DNA from: Podarcis muralis
Taxonomy: Eukaryota
Assembly (NCBI RefSeq): GCF_964188315.1
Contig: NC_135657.1
Coordinates: 88,412,001 to 88,476,000 of the forward strand
Direction: 5' to 3'
DNA: 64,000 nt
Shown here in pieces: positions 25,280 through 37,844 of the stretch; positions within the stretch are counted from its first letter, which is position 1, and every line of letters begins with the position of its first letter. Both the position numbers and the translations under genes were made by a program. The notes beneath the pieces were generated by a model. The model did not search any database, was not told the origin of the DNA, and saw only the letters and a list, made by a program, of their open reading frames with translations.

Positions 25280-26754
25280 GCAATCACATTGAGCAACTTC
25301 AGTCAACTTACGTTAGTTCTCATCAGTTCCAGCAAATGTCTAAGGACTTTCAGGCCTGGTTGGACAAAAAGAAGGAAGAACAGAATCAGCCTTGTCCCAT
25401 CTCTACCAAGCTGGAGTCTCTGTGGACATTAATTGATGATCAGAAAGAGTTCAAGGCTGCCTTGTCTGACCAGACTGGCTCTTATGAAAAAATCATTACA
25501 GAAGGTGAAAGTTTACTCCAGAAGACTCAGGGAGCGGAGAAGGCCGAGCTGCAGGCCCAACTGAACTTGCTCAGAGGTAACTGGGATGAAATGAACAAGC
25601 AAGTTAAAGAAAGGCAAGATAAATTAAATGATTGTTTGGAAAAAGCCCTTAGATACAGAGAGCATGTAGAAAACCTACAACCCTGGATAGCGAAATGCCA
25701 AAGCAATATCTCTCAAATAGAAATGAGCATAGATCCTGCTCGGCTAGAGAATTCCATCGCTCAGGTGAAGAGCTGGCAGAAGGACCTAGACAAACACCAA
25801 GGGTTGGTGGAGCTATTAAGTAATGCAGCTGAGACATTACTCAGTGCCTGTCAGACAGACAAAGACATTATTGAAGAGGAGAAGACACTGCTGATCCAGA
25901 ACATGGATATAGTCACAGAACAACTGCATGCTAAGAGAGATGGTCTGGAAAAGATGTCTCAGAGACTGAAAGAGTTTCAAGAGTCATCAAAAGATGTTGA
26001 AGAGCAGCTGAAGAATGCCAGAGAGCAGCTGGAAACACACAATTCTCTCAAACCCCAGACTTACAGTAACAAACACTTGACGATTATGCAGGCTCAGCAG
26101 AAAACACTCCAGGCCGTGAAGGCTCAAGTGGACCTTACAAAAAAGCTTGCCCAAGAACTGGTGGCAGATGCTTCAGATTCATCAGGTGTCTCTGACCTCT
26201 TGTTGCAGGCAGAAACGTTAGAAGAAGAATTCAGCACCATCAGTCAGCAGGTTGAAGATAAATGTTCATTCCTGGAGACTAAACTCCAGGGAATTGGCCA
26301 TTTCCAAAACAGCATCCGAGAGATGTTTTCTCAGTTTGCAGAGTTCGACGATGAATTGGACAGCATGGATTCTGTGGGTAGGGATCTTGTCACACTGCAG
26401 TCACAGCGAAAGGATATAAAAACTTTCCTGAAAAAGTTGGAGGAACTCATAACCAGTAATGAAAATGCAAATAATACCTGCAAAATGATGCTCGCAAATG
26501 AAGCTGAAGCTTCTCCAGATCTTGCAGGTATAAAACGGGACTTGGAGGCTTTAAATAAGCAGTGCAACAAGTTGCTAGACAGAGCAAAAGCCAGAGATGA
26601 ACAGATTGAAGGGACTATTAGCCGCGTTGAAGAGTTCTACAGTAAACTAAAGGGGTTTTCTAAACTGCTTGGGGAAGTTGAAGAGCATGAAGAGTCCCAG
26701 GGTTCTGTTGGAATGGAAATTGAGACGATAAATCAGCAGCTGAACGTATTTAAG
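25280..26754 (+). CDS. DST: Dystonin large 1475-nt rod exon (GNHIEQLQ...NQQLNVFK), phase 1-0
   Basis: tttgcag acceptor, AAG|gtaaga donor; several spectrin repeats ([23 protein letters not shown]). Confidence 0.96.
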
Positions 26755-27572
26755 GTAAGAAGGACCTTTCTGAGTTTTTAGAATTCTGTATTGTAAAATG
26801 AAAACTAACTGTAAGAATATTGTGACGTGAGCTCCTTAGTAGTCTAAACCCCCAAGGAAAAGTGATTGGGTTGGCCCTCCTTTTTCAGCTTATAGATCAT
26901 GTCTTGTAAGCCAGTCAGTTTCTTAAGAATTGTGTTCAAAGTCATTTTTTATGTTTCCCAACAGAGGGTGCTTTTTGCCTATTTTAAGACGAGTGAGAGC
27001 TAACATAACATACATCCCACCCAATGCATTCCCGTCTTGAGATCTAAAGCTTTATTAATAAGCAAGTTTTGTTTGTTTGTTTATGAATTCAAATGCCTCC
27101 TCTAATTTCAACGGAGAAACGGAATTGCTGCAAAATAGTTACATCATAACATTTTTATTTGCCTTGTAATGAATAAGACTTGAGTTGTCCAACAGGAAGT
27201 GATATCACATGCTCCTTTGGTTTGGAGGTCCTTGGAATTTACAAGTAATTTGTGGGTTGTGGTCTGAAGTTGTATGAAGTGTTCTCAGCTCAGTGTTCTC
27301 ATGAAGCAATTTAGAAACTGAGAAGACGGTCTTCTCTTTGGTCAAAAGTTATTAGAGAAGCATTCTTAAGTTGTTTTAAAACAGAATGTCCTGCATTTTG
27401 CTTTGAAGATCTCCAGCAAAGCTGAGCTTCTTGGGTTCTCCTCTCCTCCCCTCTTCCACAGCTGTCATGATTAATGGTAATTTTTAAATGGTAATTTAGT
27501 GCAAATACACTAAATCATGCTTCCATTCAAGCACGCAGAAGGGTTGTCAACTGCAGCTTTTGTTATTCAGAG

Positions 27573-27708
27573 CAAACTTTCCCAAACTTGGATCTCCAGC
27601 TATTGTTAAACTACAATTCCTATCGTCCCTGACCACCAGTCCTGCTAGCTAGAGATGATGGGAATTATAGTCCAACAACAGCTAGAGACCCAAGTTTGGG
27701 AAACACTG
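27573..27708. mobile_element. Palindromic hAT MITE
   Basis: tttcccaaacttgg ... ccaagtttgggaaacactg inverted ends; internal actacaattcc/ggaattatagt. Confidence 0.7.
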
Positions 27709-28974
27709 CCCTAGAGCTTAACTAACACCATTCAATTTACTTAAAAAGTTGGGGTTCTTTAAGAATCTTTATATTTGCTTCCCATTGTTGCTATACTGCC
27801 CGGCTGAGGAGGCTCAGTGCTTCTGTGGCAGGAGAGCCTTCTCATGAACAGATTGCTGAATGATGGGATAGAATGAGGGCAGAAGCAGCCCTGAACTTTC
27901 CCCACCTTCACACCCATTCAGAATATAGCCATAATCTTTCCCAGAGAGCAAGACAAAGCACAATGAACACAGCCTCCAGCATCCCACGCCCCAGAGGCAT
28001 TGCACAGGCACGCAGGAAGAAATAGATCCTGCTCTGAGTAGTGTGTTCATATCAAACAATTCCAAATAAAAGACAATGGGGAGAGGAACTGAAGAAGCTG
28101 CAATTCAACTGTCCTCTCTGACAGCTGGTGCTTATATATGTATTTGCGGCAGATATTTATTTCATTTACTACGTGCACCATATGAAGAGCCAGCCCTCCT
28201 GTGACAGAGTGAAGGTGAGGTCAAACAGAGTCCTGGGCGAGGTCCAAAAAGGCTGAGATTAGCTTTCATTCCTGGGGGTTGTCCCAAGAGTCATGACATG
28301 GGATCATGCCAGGCATTATGCAGCCAAGAGGTTTCATCCAAACCTGGTTCTCAGGATCAAGAAAAGTACTGATCAATTAGTCAGGGCAAAACAAAGAAGT
28401 GTGGAGGTGAGCTAAGGCAAAGGCAACAGGCCATTGGCTGTGCATTTGTTCTGCTGAAGCATAGTTCTGGTTTCTGTCTTGTAACCCCGGCCCTCATCCA
28501 AGAAAGCTGTCTGGCAGAATTTATTTTAATATCCAGTGTGCCTAAGATAAACTCAGTGGCTGAAAGCAAAAGAAACAATCCTGCCTTGGGCACTAGGTGC
28601 TAACTTCCATTCCATAATGAACTTTCATCTCCTAAGATGGCACAGAAGGGAAGCACAGCACTAGGTCCTCTTGCCTGCTAAACACCAGAATAAGCAGAAT
28701 AAAGGCATATAAAGGCCTGAGCAAATGAAACATTATTTACCTGGCATACAAAGAATAACAGAATGAGCCCTTCTGAACCAAAGATAGGGCTCCCCTGATG
28801 AAAAAGCCCTGTTTCAGGTTATCAGACAATAGTACCTGAAGAGATATAACAGTGGGCAGTGGAAGCAACCACTTTTTAAGGTACACTTGCTTCCAAGATG
28901 GGTTTTTTAAACTTGAAAGTCATAAAAAGTACTTAAAGGATTGCTTTTTCCTGTGTATTTCCTTCAGTGTGACC

Positions 28975-29270
28975 AAGCAACGTCAGAGGTCTTGCTTTGC
29001 ACCTCCCCAACAGCAGATATGCAGTGGGTGAGAACAATGCACAGGGCAATATCAGTTAGGGCACCAGTGCTCTGGACTGCCCTCCCCAGGAAAGCATGTC
29101 TGGACCCACCATTGTGTACATTTCACAAGCTCTTTAAGAGCTCTTTTGCAAACCCTTTGACTGAGGGTAGCTGATGGCTGTTAGCAGATCTCTCTGCTAC
29201 TGTGATGATAGTGGTTGTGCTACTACCATTTGTTTTTCTGTATTGTTTTACTGGCCTTTTTTTAAAAAAA
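28975..29270 (+). mobile_element. Old L2 3'-end fragment
   Basis: APVLWTALPRKACLDPPLCTFHKLFKSSF resembles L2 ORF2 C-terminus, followed by T-rich tail. Confidence 0.5.
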
Positions 29271-30529
29271 GAAATGTGACAGGCTTTCCTTGCCATATAA
29301 CAATGCAAGGTATCCCCCAGATAAATATGGGATGAACAGGCGTTTGAGAATTTCCTCTGTCTTTCTCCACCACATCCTTGAAAGGGGATCAATGATATCC
29401 CTGAGGAGCTGTAGTCTAAGCAATCTACTGGCCTGTTCAGGCTTTCTTTTTGTAATTTGCAGTAAGAATTGGAACAATTATGTTATCTTTTTGGGTAAAG
29501 TTTGTAATTATTACTTCATTTTATAAAGTATATGGATCAGTTAGAACAAGAGACAAAAAATAAAAGATGAAAAACAAAACTATAAAATAGTAATGTAGAA
29601 TGAGTTAAAATAACAAAGTAAAGACTTTCAACTTTACCAGATCATCTATAGTTGCAGATTTGCCAGGTTGTCTTGAAAATTATGGTGCCGCTGTATATGT
29701 CATAAAGCAATGCCAAATCATATCAAAAGTGTAAGATTTGGGCTGTTTTCTATTGAGTTGCAATTACTATTCATGCTGTCAAGATCATATATAAGACTAG
29801 TTCTTTTGACAATATATATTTACATTGGTATCATCAAAAATATTCAGTAACATTAATTTTGGACAACAAACAATATTTTCTTTAGTGATATTTATCATTT
29901 CTCTCAAAATTAAATTAAATTTTGCACCAACTGACATTCCCGCTATAAATGATAATATGTGCCAAGTTTATTGCAAACCCTCTAACAGTCAGGTGATATA
30001 GAATAAAATATTTTTGACATTTGCAAAGGCTTGCAACACCATCTGTGTAACATTTTTAAATTTTCCCTAAGGAAACCAGAAACAGATTTTTAGGGTCATG
30101 ATGCCCAAGTTTTATTCCAGTCCTTGGGAATAATTTGTGTGCCAATATCCAGTTCCCATATCTTTTTAAGGGGTGGCATAGATCCATAAGTTACATTGAG
30201 CAATGTAGAGTACAGTTTAGAAACTAATCCTTTCTCCCCTCTACCCATTGTGCTTAATAATTTTTCAGATGCTGTTAAGGGTCTTAGAGCTTGTGTTTTT
30301 ACATGTTCTTTTTAAAATAAAACTATGAAATTAATTAAAATAAACCCAGTTTGTGTTAAGTTAAGTCTTCTTTCTCTCTGACAGTTTTCACATTTTTTTC
30401 TTAATTTCACAAGTAAATGCTGCACTTTTTTGGTTTAGACTGCAACAAGCTCTTTCTGTGTCTGATTATGTTTTGGGAACTTCTGACTCGGAGAACTGGT
30501 GTTTCAATACGTGCGTGTGTATTGGGGTA

Positions 30530-30891
30530 AGGTAAAGGTAAAGGTACCCCTGCCCATACGGGCCAGTCTTGACAGACTCTAGGGTTGTGCGCCCATCTCA
30601 CTCTATAGGCCGGGGGCCAGCGCTGTCCGCAGACACTTCCGGGTCACGTGGCCAGCGTGACAAGCTGCATCTGGCGAGCCAGCGCAGCACACGGAACACC
30701 GTTTACCTTCCCGCTAGTAAGCGGTACCTATTTATCTACTTGCACCCGGGGGTGCTTTCGAACTGCTAGGTTGGCAGGCGCTGGGACCGAGCAACGGGAG
30801 CGCACCCCGCCGTGGGGATTCGAACCGCCGACCTTTCGATCGGCAAGTCCTAATCGCTGAGGCTTTAACCCACAGCACCACCCGCGTCCCC
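30530..30891 (-). mobile_element. Sauria SINE, full length, subfamily A
   Basis: Near-identical to 4516 and 58012; 14-bp TSD tgtgtattggggta. Confidence 0.92.
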
Positions 30892-30907
30892 TGTGTATTG
30901 GGGTACT

Positions 30908-31125
30908 GTATATTTATTTATTTATTTATTATTTGTTACATTGTATATCCCACCTTGCCTCCAAAGAGATCAAGGCAGCATAAAGCTTCCCCCCTCTCCA
31001 TTACCCTCACAACAGTCCTGTAGGCTAGGCTGAGAATTGGTGACTAGCCCAAGGTCACCCAGTGAGCTTCATGACCAAGTGGGGATTTGAAGCTTGTTCT
31101 CCCATGGCCTAGCATGACACTCTGA
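30908..31125 (-). mobile_element. tRNA-derived SINE with (TAAA)n tail (Squam3/MIR-like)
   Basis: (attt)n tail, tcccaccttgcctccaaag, cccaaggtcacccagtgagcttcatg. Confidence 0.55.
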
Positions 31126-32539
31126 TTTATTTGTTTATTTATGAAAATACTCAGCATGTTCATTCCATGTACATTTTATCTAGAACATCTTTGGGTTGTA
31201 TTCACTTAGTCATGCTTAGAGTAGACCCACTGGAAACGAGCAGGACTTAAATCATTTCTAAAGTCCTGTTGATTTCAATGGATCTACTCTAAGCACGACT
31301 AAGTCTGGATCCAATTTGCTTGGCAGAATGTGTTCATCACATGCAACAATGCATTTTGGCAACAGTCGCACACAGAGCTTCACAAATCCCTGTTGTTGGA
31401 CTACAAAGATTAGTCTATTTCTTTGTCTTTAGCATCCGATTCAGGTTATGTGAGGACAACTTGAATGGGTTTAATAGCACACTTCTGAAGGTCCTTTTGG
31501 AAGGACCTCTCTTTTTCTTGAAGATATGCACCTATGTTTGCAAGAAGAAGAAAAACAGAGCTTTGTATTATTATTTCTATGAACCATTCTGTGAATGGTT
31601 ACAATTGGGTGGGGGTGGGAACCAATGGCTAAAATGTTTTGATTAAATTGATCTTTTAATCTACTCCTTGATGATACCTGATGGGTACTTTTATATGTTT
31701 TACTACAAATACTGTGTGTTTAAAATTTTGTTTTCCCTCTCTGATTTTTTTTTTGGGGGGGGAGGGGGTTATTGGGTTGTTCTTGTGTTTATTTTGATTA
31801 TGTATTTTGCGTTTTTATATTGTGATTTTACCCTGTGAACCCCCTGAGACCTGTGGGTATAGGGCATTATATTAATTAATTAATTAATTAATTAATTTTA
31901 TTATTCCTGATAATCCGTATTATCTATTTTTATATATTTAAATGAGTTTTATACCATGCTTCATTTACAAAGAGGAATATGAAAAGTGGTTCACATTATC
32001 CACTTTATCCATTAATAAGCCAACAGTCAACCACAAAATTGTAGATTTTTCTCACAGTATATGCCTTTTGAGATGATGGTGTGGGCTTCTTTCAGACAGT
32101 GACCTGGTTTTCATGCCACACTAAGACAAACCATGTCTTAGTGCAAGTGTGCAGCTCCTGGAGAGGAGATAATGGTCATCTTGCTGCTCCTCAGTTGTTT
32201 TGCTGCTGCACCAGACTGAGCTAAGCCATGCCATCTTAACTTGGGCTTGTGGCATGTCTCTCTCCAGCATAATCATGATCTGTAACCAAGGTATTTCCTG
32301 TGGACGACCACCATTTGAGGCAGATACCTAGCTTTTTGGTCTCCATTCCTTGTTTTAGCAGTAGACTCCAGTGAGGGGTTGAGGGTATTGTCTATAAATG
32401 CACCATCTCCTGGGACACGCTATCAGAGGGTCTGCACCTGGTGCTTGGCCAAAGAAGCAGACTGGAGATGCTGCTGGTCTATCAACTACCCTGTTGCCCA
32501 GCAGCATGCCTGATCAAGCTGGTCAAGGTAGTCTCTGGA

Positions 32540-33055
32540 CTACTTCAATATCCATTAGAGGCTGCCACTGTACTGGCTGAGCTCAAGACTTAAGGCCTTC
32601 ATTACAACCATGCAGCTCTCTCAAATGGTCATTGGTCCAACACATCATTTAGGAGACACCCTTGATGTAGTCTTTGCCCCAAATGACCTGAGGGATGGAC
32701 TGAGGTTGGGTGTGGAAGTGCACTGCTTTGTCATGGTCCAATCATTTCCTGGTATAGTCCAGATTGGTAGCAACAATTTCCTGACTGGGAGCTGCCATTA
32801 GAAGTTTTGTGGCCAGGTACCATAAGTATGCTGGTGTCACTCAGCCATAACATCTGAATTAGGAACAATTGTGCATGCCTTGGAACAGTGCCTGGACCCA
32901 GTTTTAGCTTATTGTTTTTACTTGTTTTGAATGTTTTAAATATTCGTTTTTAGTGAATTTTTTTACTGTTATTGTTACTGGGTTATTCTTTTTGTAAACC
33001 GCTTGGAGGTTTTATTATAACCAACGGTATATAAATGTTGTGAAATAAACAAACG
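32540..33055 (+). mobile_element. Old L2 relic (endonuclease piece plus 3' tail)
   Basis: VIGPTHHLGDTLDVVF motif; tail ttgtaaaccgcttggagg..cggtatataaat. Confidence 0.55.
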
Positions 33056-34090
33056 AATATACATGATGTGCAAAGCAGACCACTAAGTAATAGTAAAGTA
33101 ACAAAGTTCAAGTGGTAGTCCCAAGCTCATTGGAGGAAGGGAATAGCAAATTGGAATTGTGACTAGTGACTCTGCTTTGAAATCATTACCAAGAACGGTG
33201 GTCCATAGGCATATATTTTTTACAATTAACAGCTGTCAGTCCACTTTTAACGAGTATTGCTTTTGGGTAGCTGAGAAGAAGATTGTCTGCTTGTAGTTCT
33301 TATATCTTATCTATCGGTATTTACATAGAGAAAAGAGGATTTTGTTTTGTATTCAGAAATCCTACCCAAGAACAAATCTTCCAGTGTTTCCAATCAAAGC
33401 TCCATTTTCAGTTACTTACAGTAGCTGGCATATTGTATTTCATGGTGTTTCTCTTTCATTCTCTCACTTTCATTCAGTTTTATTGTAGACCTTTGTGCTT
33501 TAAAGAAAGTACGCATTGAATGAACGTGGGCAAAAGAAAAATTCAGCAGATGAACTTGCTTTACTTGGGTTACACCATGCCCATTTCCTCACAAAGAGCC
33601 AACCAGCTAAGATGATCCTGAAAAACAAAAGCCCTTGTTTAGTTTGTATTTTGCTGAACATTTTAATGAGCTACTTCATGCTAGGGTGGGGTTGTGGGGA
33701 AGCAGCGTTCAATCTCTGCCACGTAATTACAATCCTCGAAATGTCTGCAAAATATTTCAGCCATAAACCTGCCACACTCTTTATTTATTCTTTTATTTAT
33801 TAAAGCACATGGATTTATGTCAGTTTCTATCACTGAATGGCTCATTAAATCCCCTCCCCCATTTAGACCATTACTAGATGCGGAAAGGGTCGTTTCAGTA
33901 TATTTCCACTGTTCAGATATATGTCAAGAGGTGCCTTCTAATTGCGCTTCATAGGAGATCTGGGCCCGGATGAATATTCCAGTTGATGAGCTTGAACTAA
34001 TATTTAAATTGGTTTATGTCGGTGTCGTAGATGGTGGCCTCTTACCTTGTTGATTGAATCAGTGTAGTGTGTTAACTTTTCCCTGAAGTA

Positions 34091-34446
34091 CAGTGGTGCC
34101 TCGCAAGACGAAATTAATTCGTTCCGCGAGTTTTGTTGTCTTGCGATTTTTTTCGTCTTGCGAAGCACGGTGTCGGAAAAGTTTTGGAAAAGCTTCAAAA
34201 ATCACCAAAGTCTTCAAAAACCTCAAAAAAGGCTACCACACTGCGTGCTATGAGTTGCTCCTCAAAGTCAAGTCGCAACTGTATTAACGGTGTTAAGAAA
34301 AAGGAAACAAACTTGCAAGATGTTTCCGTCTTGCGAAGCAAGCCCATAGGGAAAATCGTCTTGCGAAGCAGCTCAAAAAACAAAAAAACCCTTTCGTCTT
34401 GCGAGTTTTCCGTCTTGCGAGGCATTCGTCTTGCGAGGTACCACTG
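34091..34446. mobile_element. Tc1/mariner (Tigger-like) MITE with repeated CGTCTTGCGA motif
   Basis: TA|cagtggtgcctcgcaagacg ... cgtcttgcgaggtaccactg|TA. Confidence 0.88.
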
Positions 34447-35205
34447 TATGTGGTTTCTTTTCACAGGCGCCTTCAAAAGTAAAATTATATTTTGTCGCTG
34501 CATCAACTTCAATATTTGCATCCATTTTGCAGCTTAAATATAAAATGAAAAAAGAATAATAATTTATTATCACTACATTAAAGAAAAAACTCAGCATATA
34601 TTTGGGGTGGCTGTCTGCATACAGACCTTATCCTTTGTCCAGAGCCCTCTGTGTATTCTAATGCTCACATGGAGCTCCTTTACAGATGGTCTTCCCCATT
34701 CATTTAAATGGAAGGAGTAGCTGCGTGTGTCAGTTCAGGTGCTGCCTTGGACATGTACAGTGCCTGTTCAACAAATCCATGCTCAGCTGACTATAAATAC
34801 ATTCTGGGTTGGGAGTGACAGACCTCCTTCAAAGGAGGGTCTTAAGGTTCATTGTCATTCCAGTACTGACCCATTTTGCTTCTTGAAGCCCAGATAGCGT
34901 CTCCTGCCCCCCAACTAGAGCCACTGCTTTGAAAACACTTGCTGTACTTTACTTGGGAATATCCTTTGTGGCACACAATAAGATTTTCTTTGGAGTAGTG
35001 AATATGTATGGCAATGGACTGCCAGAAACTTCATTCCTGTCTGCGACTATCCCTTATAGTGCTGCCTTCCCAAGGGAGGGGAACTTTTTCTGCAGTAGTT
35101 TATTTATATGGTTTGTTGTGACTGCAGCTTGTGGTATGAAACATTGTCTTTTTAGTGGGACATGATTGTTGTTAACAACGTGGGCATTTTTATATGTAGA
35201 TATGC

Positions 35206-35455
35206 CTGCCAACCTAGCAGTTCGAAAGCACTCCCGGGTGCAAGTAGATAAATAGGGACCGCTTACTAGCGGGAAGGTAAACGGCGTTTCCGTGTGCAGC
35301 TCTGGCTCGCCAGAGCAGCAATTTCACGCTGGCCACGTGACCCGGAAGTGTCTCCGGACAGCGCTGGCCCCCAGCCTCTTGAGTGAGATTGGCGCACAAC
35401 CCTAGAGTCTGTCAAGACTGGCCCGTACGGGCAGGGGTACCTTTACCTTTACCTT
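35206..35455 (+). mobile_element. 5'-truncated Sauria SINE, subfamily A
   Basis: Begins mid-element at ctgccaacctagcag, (ACCTTT)n tail, TSD tatgc. Confidence 0.88.
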
Positions 35456-36299
35456 TATGCTGGTATACATATGGCAAATAAATTAACAATCCACCAGCCT
35501 TTAGAAATGAGCTGCTCTCCTTGCTCTGTATTATTTTTACTCTTTTTAGTGCTTTAGCTATTTATTTTATTGCAAATCTAATATGCCTTCCATCTGAATA
35601 GATCCAGAAACAAATAAGTAAAACTACTCATGCTATTACCTCAATATAGTGTGGTTTTTAGGAGTACTGTATTGGGTGAGATTTTTGAAAAGTTGCAGCA
35701 CTTCTTTGCATGTTAGGATTTGCAGTTGTCTGAGAGCCAGGAAGTGTAAAAAAATATCAAGCAAATCCCTTTTCATTGGATTAACTGGATTGTGAATGAA
35801 GAATGCATTCTGTAGTCATTCAGAGAGACCAATTTGCCGGCTAAATCCCTAATTATAGAATATAATGTACATGTGTTACAAATATAGAGCAAAGGATGCA
35901 ATCCTATGGAGATTTTTCATGGGGCTTGCTCAGAAGTAAGATCTGGCTGTTAATTAAAATTGATTTATGGTGATGGTGGAAAGTAATTCAATTTGATTGA
36001 ATTCTTATTATACAGCTGGTTAGTTTAGTTTATAATGCTACATACCATTAAAAGTGACCATCCACTATATTCAGATTCCTGTTAATCTGCATAATTTGTA
36101 AGTACTGGATTATTCTTTTTGTTATGAAGCAGAATAAGTGCAGTTTGTCAGTGTTTTAGAAGGGTCCTGGGTAGTCTGGTCCATATTTGTATGGTGTCAG
36201 GTTACCCGGTTAAGCAATATGTACTAAATTTTTGACATTTTGAACTAATTAGCACCGGTTTTTCCATTCTGCTTGTGAGCCACCACCCACCCACCCACC

Positions 36300-37110
36300 C
36301 ACCCTCTTTTCCTCCAGAATTAGAGAGCACAGACTCCGAGATGCAGGAGTGCTGCAGACAGGAACTTGCTCCTTTGTGCACCTCCCCCTGAAAAGGCTCA
36401 GCCGCGTTCAGAGACAAGACAAACAGTAAAAGTGAAAGATGGCTAAGTAAAGTCATGTGGGGCAGGAAGCGTAAGGGGGAAGAGCTAAGAGGTCAGGCAC
36501 CTCCTAATGCTCGGTTGGAATAATACTCAGGGAACGAATGCGATAGGAGCAGATGTTGCCTAAAGAATAGCAAAGGGCGTTTCTTTTAAGCTCACTATTG
36601 GGAGGGATGCCTGTCAGACCATAAGAAACCAGGGAGAGCCGGAAAGCTTATCAGCTGCGCTGGGCAGGACATGTGAGCGTTTATTGTTGTGAGCTCTTTT
36701 TAATGCCTTCTTCGCTACAGCTGCGCTTCAAGACGGAGATGAAAACAGTGACCACGCTCTTGTAGCCACCGTTTATACAAAAAAAAAGTCCTGCTGAATT
36801 TAAACAGAATGTGAATCTGTTGTGCCTTTGTGCCGGAGTGGAGGAAGAAACGCTCTAGTTTCCTGCTGTGTTGCCTTAAAACAGGACAACTTTCAAGGAA
36901 TGTGTTCTGCGAGTGAAACTGGGAGAAAAGTTTCTTTTTCTACTAATTCTGTTCCGTTGCTTTTTTGTACTATTATTATTTCATTGGTCTGGCTCCTCAG
37001 AAAACTGTTGTGTTTCCCATGGAACTTCTGAACGCGCCGCAGAGAAGCTTTAAGGAAGCAAGGAATAAACTGCCTTTTGAATCGAGGTTATTTATAGCTG
37101 CTGCCAAAAA
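36300..37110 (+). promoter_or_regulatory. Candidate internal promoter or enhancer upstream of the KIAA0754-like exon
   Basis: Non-repeat DNA with roughly two dozen CpGs in about 750 bp (by eye), twin CAGCTGCGCT E-box motifs (36652, 36718), MEF2-consensus TTATTTATAG (37088-37097). Confidence 0.4.
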
Positions 37111-37844
37111 AGGGGGAAAGCTTCTGCTTTTATTATTATTATTATTACAACTCTGGATGTACCTTTGTTTTTCCTGAAGCCTTTCTCTGTGCCTTGGTCT
37201 CCACAGTCCACAGCTCTTCTGGTTTGTTTTTCTTCAAAAGCGTCCACAACATGGCTTATTTATAAAGGAGATGGAATTCTGCAAGCCATTTAAATGGATT
37301 ACAGTTAATCTGTCACCTCCTGAATATAGTGTGCTGCCTGCTATAATGCTGATTCATTTTGAAGACTTAATCTGGAGATTTAAGACACACATTTTGACCT
37401 AAAAATTGAAATGGAATGCTATGTGGGAAGTTCTGAGTCTTTTGAGCCACTTAAAGATTTTCCTGGGGTTTGGGGGTTTGTACATTTTGTTGGTGTCTTT
37501 GTGCGTTGAGTTAGTATTTTAAAATATTAAAAGGTGTGGGGTTTTTTTGTTTCCCCTCTCCCCACCCCCTTCAGCTCAAGCACTTTATATTTTAGGGGCA
37601 AGGGGAGAAATGTTTTAAATCACAGCCAGGTAAACTTACACAGATGCACTGATTACGACCTTAACCGCCTCATAAATTATTTCCTGTGTTTTAGTATGTA
37701 AGCATCTTTCTGCTGAGGGCAAGTTTACTGTACTTTTTAAAAACTGCTTTTCTATTACTTTATTTTAAATTTTACTTTATGTGTGTTGCGTGTCTCCAAT
37801 AAGGTAGCCTAGCAGCAGTGCTAGATCTGTTAATTCCTGCAGAA

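Noticed and set aside
34040-34090. Minus-strand AAG|GTAAGA donor suggesting an antisense exon
   Set aside because: A single motif with no supporting ORF or partner exon; compatible with chance.
37818-37844. N-terminal extension MLDLLIPAE of the 475-aa ORF
   Set aside because: It starts at GTG, not ATG, and overlaps a splice-acceptor-like sequence; the ATG at 37845 has good context and exposes Gly2.
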